64,000 bases of DNA from an uncultured Candidatus Saccharibacteria bacterium (GTDB lineage: Bacteria > Patescibacteriota > Minisyncoccia > UBA6257 > 1-14-0-10-44-23): contig CAYMXN010000002.1 in the NCBI GenBank assembly GCA_964394435.1, positions 78,196 to 142,195 of the forward strand. Direction: 5' to 3'. The notes beneath the pieces are model-generated. The model saw nothing but the letters and a program-made list of their open reading frames with translations, had not been told where the DNA came from and did no database searches. The translations under genes were made by a program, and so were the position numbers. Below, piece after piece: positions 18,735 to 28,991 of this stretch (positions within the stretch are counted from its first letter, which is position 1; every line of letters begins with the position of its first letter).

Positions 18735-19096
18735 ACGGGAAATGGGTAAGCACCCTGATTAATCGCGTGCAAGATAATATAGATTGGAATAAGCGCCCAG
18801 ACTACGTACAATACGACGCTCGCGATAATAACGGCGCTATATATGATAAGCGCTAAGCAGATACGAATCGTACGGAATATAAACCCTAGGATGCGAGCGA
18901 TAAATCCGCTGTCCTGGTAGAGCGGACGGAAGATATATCTCAAGTTAATCTTTACCGCCCAGTAGCGGTCGAGACTTTCAAGGGCGTCAATGCACTTTCG
19001 TGCGATCGTCATAAAACTCCCGAGATACCAACTCGAGATGAAAATATAGATGCGATAGAAAAAGCGCTGGATGAGATAAATAAGAGAGAAGCTCAC
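18719..19096 (-). CDS. Hypothetical membrane protein.
   Basis: Three predicted TM helices; 125 aa. Confidence 0.4.
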   Translation of the reverse strand: MSFSLIYLIQRFFYRIYIFISSWYLGSFMTIARKCIDALESLDRYWAVKINLRYIFRPLYQDSGFIARILGFIFRTIRICLALIIYSAVIIASVVLYVVWALIPIYIILHAINQGAYPFPVWLKK

Positions 19097-19191
19097 CTAT
19101 TTATTTTAGCATCTTTATTCTTAAACGTATGCTACATATACCAGCCTTTTCTTATAAAATAAGCCGGCATCGTATTGATGCCGGCGATAGA

Positions 19192-19509
19192 CTACGCCAA
19201 CCCACTACGCAGGTCTTTCAAGACCTTAGTAGTTAACATCCAGAGTGGAATGAGCGAGGCGACAACCATGACCAAAAGAGCGATATCACGAAACCTTAGG
19301 GCGTGCTCCCTACTGTCCAGCATGATACCTGTCTTAAACGAAGCGGCCGCGATCAGACCAAACAACAGAATCTTGCCAACCAAGAACCCCTTCATTCGCC
19401 TGGCGAGCCTGGGATTTTTCAAAAGGAACCAGAGCATCCTCGCTACGAGAATGCTAGCGCCAACCCCCAGAACGAACTCACTCAACCCAGCGGAGATGAA
19501 CAGCTTCAT
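19192..19509 (-). CDS. Hypothetical membrane protein.
   Basis: Two to three TM helices; a hairpin terminator lies downstream at about 19150-19190 on the minus strand. Confidence 0.4.
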   Translation of the reverse strand: MKLFISAGLSEFVLGVGASILVARMLWFLLKNPRLARRMKGFLVGKILLFGLIAAASFKTGIMLDSREHALRFRDIALLVMVVASLIPLWMLTTKVLKDLRSGLA

Positions 19510-19570
19510 CGCAGTCCTCCTTATGCGTCTTTCCCTAGAATAAGAAGTCGACTACTTTTTGTCAAAATCA

Positions 19571-20878
19571 CTACTCTTTCCTATTGGCGATCGCCTTTTT
19601 CTCTTTTGGGCTAAAGATTTTTACTACACCGTACTCACCGTCATAGCCCGGGGTGATACTCAACTGACCTAGGCGCATGCGCTTGAGCCCCTCGACTACT
19701 CCCGGAGTAGCTACGGCCGCGAAGTCTTTGAGTGGTACCTTCATCAGAATATCGATTTCGGTTGTAAACGCCTTAATCAGCTTTTCATACTCGCGCCAAA
19801 CTGATTTAGATTTCACACCTACGTCAAACGCTTCGCCGATAATACTATCGAGCGTAACAAGATTGATATACGGAACGCGGTTTTGATGATGATTGGCGAT
19901 GACCTGCTCAAATGGTTTTTGTACCGGTCTAATCTCGTCTCTGTCCGCGAGCCGATCGACGCGGTTCATCACCCCCACCACCACTGGCTTACCGCACGCA
20001 CTACAAATGCCGCGATGTTTTTTAGTTTCGTCTGGCGTCCAGCTGATACCACAGGCGCGATGACCATCATAATGATACTTTCCCTCTTCGGGATAATACT
20101 CGATGGTCGCGACAAATGATTTTGGATCGTTCTTTTTAAGCGCGTTTATAATACCAGCGTAAGAGAGTTCGGTATCAAATATATTCGCCTCTCTACCAAT
20201 ACGCTCAAGACTGTGACTGTCAGAGTTTGAGATGAGCGCGATGCGGTCGAGCATCGAAAGTCTCCAGTTCATCGCAGGATCAGATGAGAGCCCGGTCTCC
20301 ATCGCAAAAATTTGATTACTATACTCACCAAAACACTCTTCTATCGTATTAAATCCGGACATTGATCCAAAAAGTGCGAACCACGGAGTCCAAATGTGCG
20401 CCGGGATCACTACCGCCTCGGGATTACTTACAAAAGCGATTTTGGCGACTTCGCGCGCATCAAGCCCCACAATTGGCCGGCCATCCGAACTCAACTTCGC
20501 CCCTGCCTTAAGAAGCGCGGCGTTAATCGTTTCGATCGTCTTAATATCTGGCGCGAGGATAATATTATGCACTCGCCGAGTCTGTCCATCCTTTCTGTAG
20601 ATACTGGAAATCTCAACGGTTAGCACAAATCGAGTCTGTCCAAACGTACCCTTGATTGTTTTTTCTTGATACCTCTTTTTGACACGAAAAAGGCCCGGCT
20701 CTGCTGGCTCAAGCGTCTCCTTAAGATGCTTTATCCAAAGTGGATGCGTAAAATCCCCCGTTCCCATTACTAAGATTCCTTTGTCATCAGCCCAACGGTC
20801 GAGCATCGGAATCGTCATCTGCTTACTCACTGCCCGCGAGTATTTGGAGTGAATATGAAAGTCGCCAATAAAACGCAT
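19571..20878 (-). CDS. PHP-domain nuclease, endonuclease Q-like.
   Basis: The N-terminus MRFIGDFHIHSKYSRAVS carries the PHP metal-binding HxH motif. There is a C-terminal zinc ribbon (CGISW...CSACGKP). The size, 435 aa, matches EndoQ at about 420 aa. Confidence 0.5.
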   Translation of the reverse strand: MRFIGDFHIHSKYSRAVSKQMTIPMLDRWADDKGILVMGTGDFTHPLWIKHLKETLEPAEPGLFRVKKRYQEKTIKGTFGQTRFVLTVEISSIYRKDGQTRRVHNIILAPDIKTIETINAALLKAGAKLSSDGRPIVGLDAREVAKIAFVSNPEAVVIPAHIWTPWFALFGSMSGFNTIEECFGEYSNQIFAMETGLSSDPAMNWRLSMLDRIALISNSDSHSLERIGREANIFDTELSYAGIINALKKNDPKSFVATIEYYPEEGKYHYDGHRACGISWTPDETKKHRGICSACGKPVVVGVMNRVDRLADRDEIRPVQKPFEQVIANHHQNRVPYINLVTLDSIIGEAFDVGVKSKSVWREYEKLIKAFTTEIDILMKVPLKDFAAVATPGVVEGLKRMRLGQLSITPGYDGEYGVVKIFSPKEKKAIANRKE

Positions 20879-20931
20879 AGAGCTTATTGCTCGTAGCTTA
20901 AAACGTTCTGCGCGAAAAAGAAATAGTCTAA

Positions 20932-21399
20932 CTAGTTAACGATCTTGATCGTTCCCTTAAACGCCGGAAAGGTTTTATCGTAAAACGTACAGGACTGTGC
21001 CTTATCAAAAACAATTCCATACGCCTCGCGCTGATTAAGTGCTCGATGTGAGTCGAGTGCCGGGCAGGTATCTGAAATCGGCCAGTGCTGACGGGTGTCG
21101 GTATTAGTAAAAGTAAGCGTGTCGTATCGCTTGATGACAAGGTCTTTAGGCGCAAATCCCTGCGCGGTCATCTGAATAGCATACTTTTTTCCTTCGGCGA
21201 TCAATGTCGCTTCTGATTTATTAGTCTTCGAGCTCTTGCTCGTAGAGCTGCCGATTGGAGCGAGTCCGGAGTTGAGGTACCAAGCGCCAAAAATTAATAA
21301 GCCGGCGATAACAAGCAGGCCGAGAAACGCCCCGGCTCCACCACCGCCCTCTCCCCCTGAACTACCCCGCTGACTCTTAAAGTCAAAATATGAAATCAT
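20932..21399 (-). CDS. Membrane-anchored cupredoxin-like domain protein, a degenerate paralog of the 334-1110 gene.
   Basis: A Gly-rich linker and TM, then a C-terminal LTFTNTDTRQHWP...SCTFYDKTFPAFKGTIKIV that aligns to the cupredoxin C-terminus of the first protein but lacks the Cys-x-x-His-x-x-x-x-Met ligand pattern. Confidence 0.45.
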   Translation of the reverse strand: MISYFDFKSQRGSSGGEGGGGAGAFLGLLVIAGLLIFGAWYLNSGLAPIGSSTSKSSKTNKSEATLIAEGKKYAIQMTAQGFAPKDLVIKRYDTLTFTNTDTRQHWPISDTCPALDSHRALNQREAYGIVFDKAQSCTFYDKTFPAFKGTIKIVN

Positions 21400-21518
21400 A
21401 CAGCTAGTATAGCAAATACCTCCCTCCGCTTTAAGACAGCCCTTGCTTGACTGGTGATATACGCCTGCTAGGTTAAAGGTAGTTCTTCAACACCCTACAG
21501 AAAGGAGGTGGCACCTCT

Positions 21519-22619
21519 ATGCCGAAAAAGATCTCTCGCGTAAGCGAGCTGAAGGTGCAGCAAGTCACCTCCCGCATCGCATCGATGGCGCAGATTGTCA
21601 TCGAACTCCTCCCTGACGGAAGCGTGACTACGCACTGGAATGCGACTCCGCAGATACATCTTCTCGTGGTTATTGGTCCTGGGCGCGCCTGGGATTACGA
21701 CTACCAGCGAGCGATTCTTTGCGAGATTGGACTCCACCGGACTCGTCCTTACCGTCAGGCGTACGCTATCGGCTCGGGAACGAGTCGAATGAAAACGGGT
21801 AAGCGGCCACTGGTGATTCCGAAGCGTACAAAAAAGTTCTTCTTAACGGACGAGCAGCACCTACGCGTAGCTCCAGCGATTTTCGCAGCCCTTCAGGATT
21901 GGGCCGACCTCTGCGTCGCTCCGTGGAAAAATCGAACCTTCGCACTCCCCCAGCAGCGTCTCTACTATCTACGCAGAGGACGCCGAACTGCTGAATCTGT
22001 CTCAGTTAAGGAGTGGAAACGTGGCATCCGCGTCCATGTGAGTCCGCTCGACGAGCTTCTTCTGGCTGACTTCTATGCAGCCGAAGCTCGACTAAACACT
22101 CAACGACAGGACTGGCGGACGAGCATCGCCAAACGGTTAAGCATGATGCTCTCTGATACCAGAGGTGCGCACGTGCGACCGCTCGAGCAGCTCAAGCCGT
22201 TTGCTAACGCGGTAGAGTTCCTAACCAAGAGCAGCTATCCTCGCCATCTCATCTTTGGACTTAGATCGACACTCGGCAAGCGTCTTCGTGAAGACATCTT
22301 CCCTAAGCTCCTCCCGAGGGTCTTTAACGGCGACTTGCGTTATTACCGAGAGATGAGCAAGTGGGAAAGTCGAGCGTTAGACGGCCTTAGAGAGCGCGTT
22401 GGCGAACTTCAGGTGTTCTACGTACCAGAGCGCGAAGCAGTAGGTGGCCCGCAGCACAGCGGAGTTACGTTTGAGCTTTGGGCTCACCCGGAGCTCTATG
22501 TGAACACTCGGCCGAAGCCACCCGAGGGCGACTTCGCTGATCGAGAGTCTACTAGCACCGAAGAAACCACAAACTCACCCGGGTTGAACTTTGACCCCGA
22601 GGGTGAGATTCCCTTCTAA
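21519..22619 (+). CDS. GC-rich cassette gene encoding a hypothetical 366-aa protein.
   Basis: GC composition is high against the flanks. Its own SD is AGGAGG 9 nt upstream, with a TTGACT -35-like box upstream and an intrinsic terminator downstream. No recognisable domain. Confidence 0.5.
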   Translation: MPKKISRVSELKVQQVTSRIASMAQIVIELLPDGSVTTHWNATPQIHLLVVIGPGRAWDYDYQRAILCEIGLHRTRPYRQAYAIGSGTSRMKTGKRPLVIPKRTKKFFLTDEQHLRVAPAIFAALQDWADLCVAPWKNRTFALPQQRLYYLRRGRRTAESVSVKEWKRGIRVHVSPLDELLLADFYAAEARLNTQRQDWRTSIAKRLSMMLSDTRGAHVRPLEQLKPFANAVEFLTKSSYPRHLIFGLRSTLGKRLREDIFPKLLPRVFNGDLRYYREMSKWESRALDGLRERVGELQVFYVPEREAVGGPQHSGVTFELWAHPELYVNTRPKPPEGDFADRESTSTEETTNSPGLNFDPEGEIPF

Positions 22620-22660
22620 CCCGCCCTTTTGCGCAAGCGACTGGGCGGGCTTTTTATTTT
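22620..22660. terminator. Intrinsic terminator shared with the convergent SDR gene.
   Basis: cccgccc...gggcggg hairpin followed by ctttttatttt. Confidence 0.7.
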
Positions 22661-23475
22661 ACTGTCTCAAAATCAAGATTTTCCTTAGTTATCTCAACAA
22701 TCTCACCGTCTTGAATCGGTAGATCGTATTTTTTTGTTTTAGAATTGAACTTTTTCCTTCCCACTGACATTTTGGCGATAATTTTCCCGATAATAGCTGG
22801 GTTACTTAACCGTCCGGCTGCTTTTCCCACCTTAGACATTGAAGCGAGTGCGGGTGGTCCAAATTGCGCGATTTCTTCGTGCATACGCGTATCAACCGCC
22901 CCCGGACTCACGCTAAAATAGTGAATGCCTTTGTTTTCCGGGCGCTTCATAAACTCATCGAGAAACTCCTCAACTCGCTTCTTACTCTTCCCATACTCTT
23001 CTGCTCCAGGCAAAGCCCTTCGGGCGAGACCGGAGGTCATAAATACCACCACCCCGTTATTTTTCTTGAGCTCTGCCGCAGCAGAATGCGTTAAAGCCAC
23101 CTGCGCCACCTCGTTTACCTTAATAATGGCCCGACGACGCTCTTCAGCTTGTGCTTCTGTCTCTCCCTGACGCGGCACCCCAGGAATGGCGGCGTTGAGA
23201 ATTAACAAATCTAATCCTTCCATTTCAGTAATCGCATCTTGCACAAAGTCATGCGCATCGCCGTGATTCGCAAGATCAACTTCATAAGCGGAGATGTTCG
23301 CATTTTCTTTAACAATAGATTCAAGCCGCTCTTTTGTTCTTGCGCAAATAACTACCTCTTGGTTCTGTGATGAAAGTTCGAGCGCAATCGCCCGCCCAAT
23401 CCCCTCCGTACCTCCGGTAATGACCACTTTCTTTTTTTCGAAATTATTTTCGTTGTTAAAATGCTCTATAGACAT
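22654..23475 (-). CDS. Short-chain dehydrogenase/reductase (SDR).
   Basis: N-terminal Rossmann motif KKVVITGGTEGIGRAIA; SDR length. Confidence 0.7.
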   Translation of the reverse strand: MSIEHFNNENNFEKKKVVITGGTEGIGRAIALELSSQNQEVVICARTKERLESIVKENANISAYEVDLANHGDAHDFVQDAITEMEGLDLLILNAAIPGVPRQGETEAQAEERRRAIIKVNEVAQVALTHSAAAELKKNNGVVVFMTSGLARRALPGAEEYGKSKKRVEEFLDEFMKRPENKGIHYFSVSPGAVDTRMHEEIAQFGPPALASMSKVGKAAGRLSNPAIIGKIIAKMSVGRKKFNSKTKKYDLPIQDGEIVEITKENLDFETVK

Positions 23476-23573
23476 ACGAGCTATCGATTATAGCATGATA
23501 AAATATCCACTCGTCGAGATATTTTCTGTGGAAAAATAAAAGCTCTCCGTAATGCGGATTATTTCTGTTTTTG

Positions 23574-23645
23574 TGCTCGCGTGTGGAATCGAACCACAAT
23601 TGCAGGATTCGGAATCCTGCGTCCTATCCATTAAACGACGCGAGC
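23574..23645 (-). tRNA. tRNA-Arg(CCG), without an encoded CCA.
   Basis: Cloverleaf on the minus strand: acceptor GCUCGCG/CGCGAGC, anticodon loop UUCCGAA (anticodon CCG), T-arm UGUGG-UUCGAUU-CCACA, discriminator A. Length 72 nt. Confidence 0.8.
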
Positions 23646-23656
23646 TTATCTACTCT

Positions 23657-24970
23657 CTATGCGAAAGCGAGAATGAGTACGAGCGAGAAGATAAGCCTTC
23701 CCTGCTCGAGCGTCAAGAAGAAGTGATCAAACATCGCACTCGTTAGCAATACTGCTATTAAACTAAGTGCGAGTGCTGACTTTTCGGTTTGCTGACGCAA
23801 CAAACGTATCACCACGATAGCTAAAAGGCCAAGAAAACTCAATAAACCGATTAATCCTGTTTCAGCGGCGATAGCAATCAATAGATTGTGCGCTGGCTGC
23901 CACTGCCATGGCTGCGTAAGCCCCAAAAATCTAAATGCCTGCGTAGACTGCGAAATCACATAATTGCCAATGCCGACCCCCGTAAGCGGATTATTTATCG
24001 CAACTGCCAACCCAATACCGTTATACATTACCCGCTCGTTTAGCGAGGTAGTATAGTTTTGCGTGTTTATTCTATTTAGGAGAAATGGGTGGAGCACGAT
24101 ACTAACGGCAACTATCATACACGCTAATCCAGCAGCTAGGCGCAGCACTGGCCGCACACCCCGACCTATTGATCGGGCAGCAAATATACCAATACCGATG
24201 CTCGCCGCAAGCCAGCCAGAGCGGGAAAATGTCAGCGCTAAGCCGAAGACAAGAAAGCTCATAGCTAGAATAAGCACCAGGCGAATGTAGAAATATTTGC
24301 TCGTAATAAATGCATCAAAGTTTTTACCAATCGACTGCCGCCAATTAAATAAATACAACTTTTTATCTGCGCGTAAGTAGAAGTAGCTCGCAGCTACCAA
24401 TCCGAGAGCGAGGAAAACTGCTAAGACATTTGGATGCAAAAATGTTCCATATGCACGCAGAAACTTAAACCCCGCAACATCTAGCTTGGCGACTCCCGCA
24501 ATTTGTGTACTAAGATGCGACTCACCTAATACTCTCAAGCCGAGATCGTGCTGATAGAGATACTGGAGAATACCTATCCCCGCTTCAATTACGCTCATCG
24601 CGAGAACTATTATTAGTGTAAGGCGTAGTATGCCCTCTTTTTTGATATACCGTACACCAAATAATATATATGCGATGGCCAACACGAGTCGGAGTGTCGC
24701 CATAAGAGCGATTATTTTATTTGGAGCAACAATAACTGATCCCATAACGGCAGCGGCACCGCCAAGCATCAATATGCGATTTAGTAGACCGAGACGAAAA
24801 GAGATATGCCCACTTAACAATGAGGAGAGTAAGAAGCCGATAATCGCTATATCAGAAGCGTACAAAAAGATCGCTGAATACTCGATCGGCAGAGAAGCAA
24901 ATGATCCGAGAAAAAGGCGCGGGTTAAGCGCAATTGTGATTAGGCTAAGCACCCAAAAGATTTTTTTCAT
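23657..24970 (-). CDS. Polytopic membrane protein, O-antigen ligase/polymerase (Wzy_C)-like.
   Basis: At least ten predicted TM helices and a large periplasmic loop. Confidence 0.4.
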   Translation of the reverse strand: MKKIFWVLSLITIALNPRLFLGSFASLPIEYSAIFLYASDIAIIGFLLSSLLSGHISFRLGLLNRILMLGGAAAVMGSVIVAPNKIIALMATLRLVLAIAYILFGVRYIKKEGILRLTLIIVLAMSVIEAGIGILQYLYQHDLGLRVLGESHLSTQIAGVAKLDVAGFKFLRAYGTFLHPNVLAVFLALGLVAASYFYLRADKKLYLFNWRQSIGKNFDAFITSKYFYIRLVLILAMSFLVFGLALTFSRSGWLAASIGIGIFAARSIGRGVRPVLRLAAGLACMIVAVSIVLHPFLLNRINTQNYTTSLNERVMYNGIGLAVAINNPLTGVGIGNYVISQSTQAFRFLGLTQPWQWQPAHNLLIAIAAETGLIGLLSFLGLLAIVVIRLLRQQTEKSALALSLIAVLLTSAMFDHFFLTLEQGRLIFSLVLILAFA

Positions 24971-24973
24971 CGC

Positions 24974-26146
24974 CTAGAATGCGAGCGCAACTAGCGCCCC
25001 AAAGAAAATGATAAGAAGGAATGCGGTTAAGAATGGAGTGGCGGTTTTTGGAATTAACACTCCCCCTTTCCCGTTCTGTTTATTTATCCTACGCCAAATC
25101 GCCATCACAAAAATACCTTCGAGCGAGAGAAATACTCCACCCACGATACTAATAAGTGCTAAAAAGTTTTGAATGCCAAGCAGGTACAGCAAGAGCGGCG
25201 CAAACACTACTAAGACAAGGCGGAGAAACGTTGGTACCCGTAAGTCTTCGGCTAAGGTTCGCTCGATATCTAGACCGACAAGGATATAGGAGCTCCAGAG
25301 TGAGAGCCAACCAAGAATACCGATAAGTAATAGGAGTTGGCCGGGCAACACACCCAATAAACCCGAAACTCCATCAGCACTCACCTGCCCGGAAAGAGTC
25401 ATCACGCCATACACAAATAGGGCGTAAACGAGCGCCGGAAGCACCGTTCCGACAACAATCGCTTTCTTGATTGCTTTTGGATGAACTTGTTGTTCGGATT
25501 TAAACCAATCGATTACTGACGGAATGGCGACTCGGCCAGACAGCGCGAACAGGATCGCGGGGAGCGGAAGCAAGAAGCTGCCCCATTGTCCGATGAGCGG
25601 AATATTTTTTACACCCCCACCATACACAAGACTAAATCCGAACAGTACGGCGATAATTCCAATCATCGCGAGCGTGACTAGCCCTTCAGAAAGTGCGAGA
25701 CGTTTGATATTAAAAAAGATGGCAATTGACCCAAGTATCCAAAAAATGGCGATTGCGGTTAATGGAGAAACTGCTCCAATAATGAGGGTGCTAAATCCTT
25801 GCGAGAGTAATAAATAGATTGTCAGCACAAGAATCATCTCGATAACTACCATAAGCACCGAAAGCCAAAACGGACCGGCGCCTAAGTATCTGGCGACATA
25901 GCCGGCAAACCGGTGACGTCCGGGCGTACGCAGGATGATGTCTGCATACATCAGATGAATAACCGTGTACGCTCCCGCTGCAAGTAGCAGATAGATCAAA
26001 CCGATAAGTGCCCCCGATGAGACAAATACAAATGGCAATGAAAACATGCCAGCACCAATAATACCGCCGGCTAAGATACCAATCGGAGCGAGTATGCTAG
26101 TCTTCCCGGGCATTGCGCTTGGCTTTGCGGCCGTCCAAACCATCAA
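24974..26146 (-). CDS. Polytopic membrane transporter (APC/amino-acid permease-like).
   Basis: About eleven TM segments; 390 aa. Confidence 0.4.
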   Translation of the reverse strand: MMVWTAAKPSAMPGKTSILAPIGILAGGIIGAGMFSLPFVFVSSGALIGLIYLLLAAGAYTVIHLMYADIILRTPGRHRFAGYVARYLGAGPFWLSVLMVVIEMILVLTIYLLLSQGFSTLIIGAVSPLTAIAIFWILGSIAIFFNIKRLALSEGLVTLAMIGIIAVLFGFSLVYGGGVKNIPLIGQWGSFLLPLPAILFALSGRVAIPSVIDWFKSEQQVHPKAIKKAIVVGTVLPALVYALFVYGVMTLSGQVSADGVSGLLGVLPGQLLLLIGILGWLSLWSSYILVGLDIERTLAEDLRVPTFLRLVLVVFAPLLLYLLGIQNFLALISIVGGVFLSLEGIFVMAIWRRINKQNGKGGVLIPKTATPFLTAFLLIIFFGALVALAF

Positions 26147-26579
26147 CGACGCGCTCCTCGATGAGCCACAACCCAGAAAGGACGACCAAGGTTAATATTG
26201 TTGCGTAGATTGCTACTGAATAGAGCCCAAAGCCGACCGCCATACCAACGCCTCCCGAAACCCAGAGGCCAGCACTGGTTGTTAACCCTTGAATCTTTTC
26301 GTGATTGAAAATGATGATTCCTCCCGCTAAAAATCCGATACCAACAACAATCTGACTCGCGATGCGTGATGGATCAAATCCCGCAGTATTAAACTGGTGA
26401 TACATAATCTCTGAAACAATCGTAAAGAGCGCTGCTCCCATCGAGACGAGCGCAAACGTTCTCATACCCGCGGTTTTATGCGCGATACTCCGCTCAAGGC
26501 CGATAATCATGCCAAGCAATAATGCCAAAGCGAGCTGTCCGAGTACTTGCGCGTTTGGTACAAAAAATAAATCAAACAT
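26097..26579 (-). CDS. MgtC/SapB-family membrane protein.
   Basis: LALALLLGMIIGLERSIAHKTAGMRTFALVSMGAALFT matches the MgtC family. Confidence 0.65.
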   Translation of the reverse strand: MFDLFFVPNAQVLGQLALALLLGMIIGLERSIAHKTAGMRTFALVSMGAALFTIVSEIMYHQFNTAGFDPSRIASQIVVGIGFLAGGIIIFNHEKIQGLTTSAGLWVSGGVGMAVGFGLYSVAIYATILTLVVLSGLWLIEERVVDGLDGRKAKRNARED

Positions 26580-26582
26580 ATA

Positions 26583-26909
26583 TTAAACTGGGAACACCTG
26601 ATCTCCTTCGTGAACTTTCTTAGCGACTTTTATACCGATTTGCTTCCCCTTCTTCGCCATCATAACTGGCTCGTGATCAAGCTGCATTGAGGTAATTTTT
26701 TGCGTGAAGTCAGTGTGCGCGCCGCGAATTTTTATCTCCGCACCAACCTTTACCGGCTTATTGAATTTAAAAATACCGACTTTAATCTTTCCATAGAAAT
26801 GAGTAATAACCCCGATCGATTTTTGAGGCTTACTAACCTTAGCGACTTTCTTCACCGCCTTTTTCTTTGGCGCAGCCTTCTTTTTTACCGCCTTCTTTTT
26901 AGTTGCCAT
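26583..26909 (-). CDS. Lysine-rich (histone H1-like N-terminus) small DNA/RNA-binding-like protein.
   Basis: MATKKKAVKKKAAPKKKAVKKVAKVSKPQK followed by a beta-rich C-terminal domain. Confidence 0.4.
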   Translation of the reverse strand: MATKKKAVKKKAAPKKKAVKKVAKVSKPQKSIGVITHFYGKIKVGIFKFNKPVKVGAEIKIRGAHTDFTQKITSMQLDHEPVMMAKKGKQIGIKVAKKVHEGDQVFPV

Positions 26910-26912
26910 AGA

Positions 26913-27572
26913 TTATCCGCTTACGTGATGATTGTTTCTAAAAGCTCCCGGAGAGTGAATAATGCGCTCATTGTCTTTAATTAGCGCCACTACTTTTTTA
27001 ATCAACTCCTTTGGATCGGTAGAAAAAACGGTTTTGCCAAATCCACGCTTTCCTTTAATCAGGATTTCTTTAATCATGTCGGCAGCTCCACCAGTCCCCT
27101 CGAGCACCCCACTCGGCTTCTGATCTTCGAAGGCGATCGTAAACTCGTTCAGCGTGCCAGTGCGTCCGCAAATAGTAATAACTGCGTCTGAAGAGCGGAT
27201 AAGTAATAAGTTGCGCCCCGAATACTCAAATCCTGTGTAAATAATCAAATCGTGATAGTCGGTTGGGAGATGATACGTTTTGACGTGCGCTATTTCGCTA
27301 GCCGCTGGAGAAAGGCCAATGACAATACCGCCAGCTTCTTTTGCGCCCTTGGCAGCCCAATACGGGATGCCGATAGTCGCACCGGTTACCAGCACCATGC
27401 CCTGCCTGGCGATTTCTCGTCCTACTTCTTCGGCTTTTTGTGCCGCATCAATAGAGCAATGTCCGGTTTCTGCTGCACCCGAAACACAAATTTTGTACTT
27501 TAAATGATGCCGCGGATTTAAACGCAGATGATTTTTTGGAGCGATTTCAGAAGATTTTTTTCTGATTGGCAT
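26913..27572 (-). CDS. LOG/TIGR00725-family Rossmann-fold nucleotide-binding protein.
   Basis: GAAETGHC...VTGATIGIPYWAAKGA...ITICGRTGTLNEFT motifs. Confidence 0.55.
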   Translation of the reverse strand: MPIRKKSSEIAPKNHLRLNPRHHLKYKICVSGAAETGHCSIDAAQKAEEVGREIARQGMVLVTGATIGIPYWAAKGAKEAGGIVIGLSPAASEIAHVKTYHLPTDYHDLIIYTGFEYSGRNLLLIRSSDAVITICGRTGTLNEFTIAFEDQKPSGVLEGTGGAADMIKEILIKGKRGFGKTVFSTDPKELIKKVVALIKDNERIIHSPGAFRNNHHVSG

Positions 27573-27612
27573 ACGATACAGATATTATATCACACGCGCT
27601 ACAGTGTTGTTT

Positions 27613-28986
27613 TTACAGCTCAACGCTCATCCCCTCGGTTGGCACTATGGCGGGAACATTAATCCGCTCGGTTATCTTTTTAGCTAATACAGCAGCCGCT
27701 GATTGCTCCCCTTGCACTACAAATACCTTTTTCGCCTTATCTTTAAGTGGTGCTATCCAGGCGAGCAGTTGATTTTGGTCGGCGTGAGCCGAGTACGCAC
27801 CAATCGCTTTGATTTTTGCCCGTACCTGCACCGGTTTTCCAAAGATATTCACCTCGCTCGCGCCATTGAGCAGCCTGCGTCCAAGTGAACCTTCAGCTTG
27901 ATAGCCAAAAATAAGGAGTGCGCTCTTCGGGTCGGATAAGTAGAGTTGTTCGTGATACAAAATTCTCCCCCCGTGACTCATACCACTTCCCGCAATAACA
28001 ATTTTTGGATTTGGCGCTAAGTTAATCGATTTACTGTCTTCGACAGTTGGTGTCATACGTAATCCCGGAAAATCAAAGATAGTTTCTTTGCTCTCAAACC
28101 GATGCGCGATTTCTTTTTTAAGTAAATGGCGATACTGCGAATACACTGCGGTGAGTTTAATTGCGAGTGGGCTATCTACAAAAACTGGCACACGCGGTAT
28201 CTTATGTTTCTCGAGCATATCTTTGATCTCGAGAAGGAGCACCTGGGTACGTTCGAGGGCGAATGCTGGAATCATCAAGGTGCCGCCCGCCTTCACTGAA
28301 TCTAAAATAACTGTTTCTAATTTGCGTTGGCGCTCTGGGATGCTTTCATGGATACGATCGCCATAAGCAGACTCGATCAAGCAATAATCAGCAAATGTTG
28401 GTGCTTCGGTTGGGCCGATAAGCGGCGCGGGCGAGTTGCCGAGGTCGCCAGAAAAAATAATCGACTTCCCTTCTGCTTCTATTAAATAACTCGCCGATCC
28501 TAAAATGTGTCCGGCACTAAAAGCGGTGATTTTAACTGCTCCGTTTCCCAATGTTAGTGGACGGTGATACTCTACCGGCTCCCAGTGGCGCATTAGCGTT
28601 GCAACGTTAGTCGCATCGTAAATCACCTCCTTGCCGTGTTTCCGTGCTTCATCCGCAAGAATGTGCTCTGAATCAAGCAGAAGCAGCTCGGCAAAATCAC
28701 GCGTTGGTGCGGTTGAGTACACGATGCCATTAAACCCATCGCGAATTAATTTTGCGAGTCGCCCGGTGTGGTCGATGTGCGCGTGTGTTACAAATACTTC
28801 GGTTACTTCTTTGGGATTATAAGCAAACGGTTCGTAGTTATGCTGTTCACAAAAATCAGTTCCTTGATGCAACCCACAATCAATTAAAATTTTCCGTACT
28901 CCGTCTGGTCGCGAAGAATCTTTTACTTCTAGTAAGTAGTTCGCGCCCGTGACCTGACCAGCTCCGCCGTGGAACGTAAGTTTCAT
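27613..28986 (-). CDS. Metallo-beta-lactamase fold, beta-CASP family ribonuclease (RNase J/CPSF-like).
   Basis: MBL motif THAHIDHTG and a beta-CASP region; 457 aa. Confidence 0.6.
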   Translation of the reverse strand: MKLTFHGGAGQVTGANYLLEVKDSSRPDGVRKILIDCGLHQGTDFCEQHNYEPFAYNPKEVTEVFVTHAHIDHTGRLAKLIRDGFNGIVYSTAPTRDFAELLLLDSEHILADEARKHGKEVIYDATNVATLMRHWEPVEYHRPLTLGNGAVKITAFSAGHILGSASYLIEAEGKSIIFSGDLGNSPAPLIGPTEAPTFADYCLIESAYGDRIHESIPERQRKLETVILDSVKAGGTLMIPAFALERTQVLLLEIKDMLEKHKIPRVPVFVDSPLAIKLTAVYSQYRHLLKKEIAHRFESKETIFDFPGLRMTPTVEDSKSINLAPNPKIVIAGSGMSHGGRILYHEQLYLSDPKSALLIFGYQAEGSLGRRLLNGASEVNIFGKPVQVRAKIKAIGAYSAHADQNQLLAWIAPLKDKAKKVFVVQGEQSAAAVLAKKITERINVPAIVPTEGMSVEL

Positions 28987-28991
28987 TGGAG

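Noticed and set aside
23552-23746. 64-aa + strand ORF.
   Set aside because: It overlaps the tRNA-Arg gene on the opposite strand; spurious.
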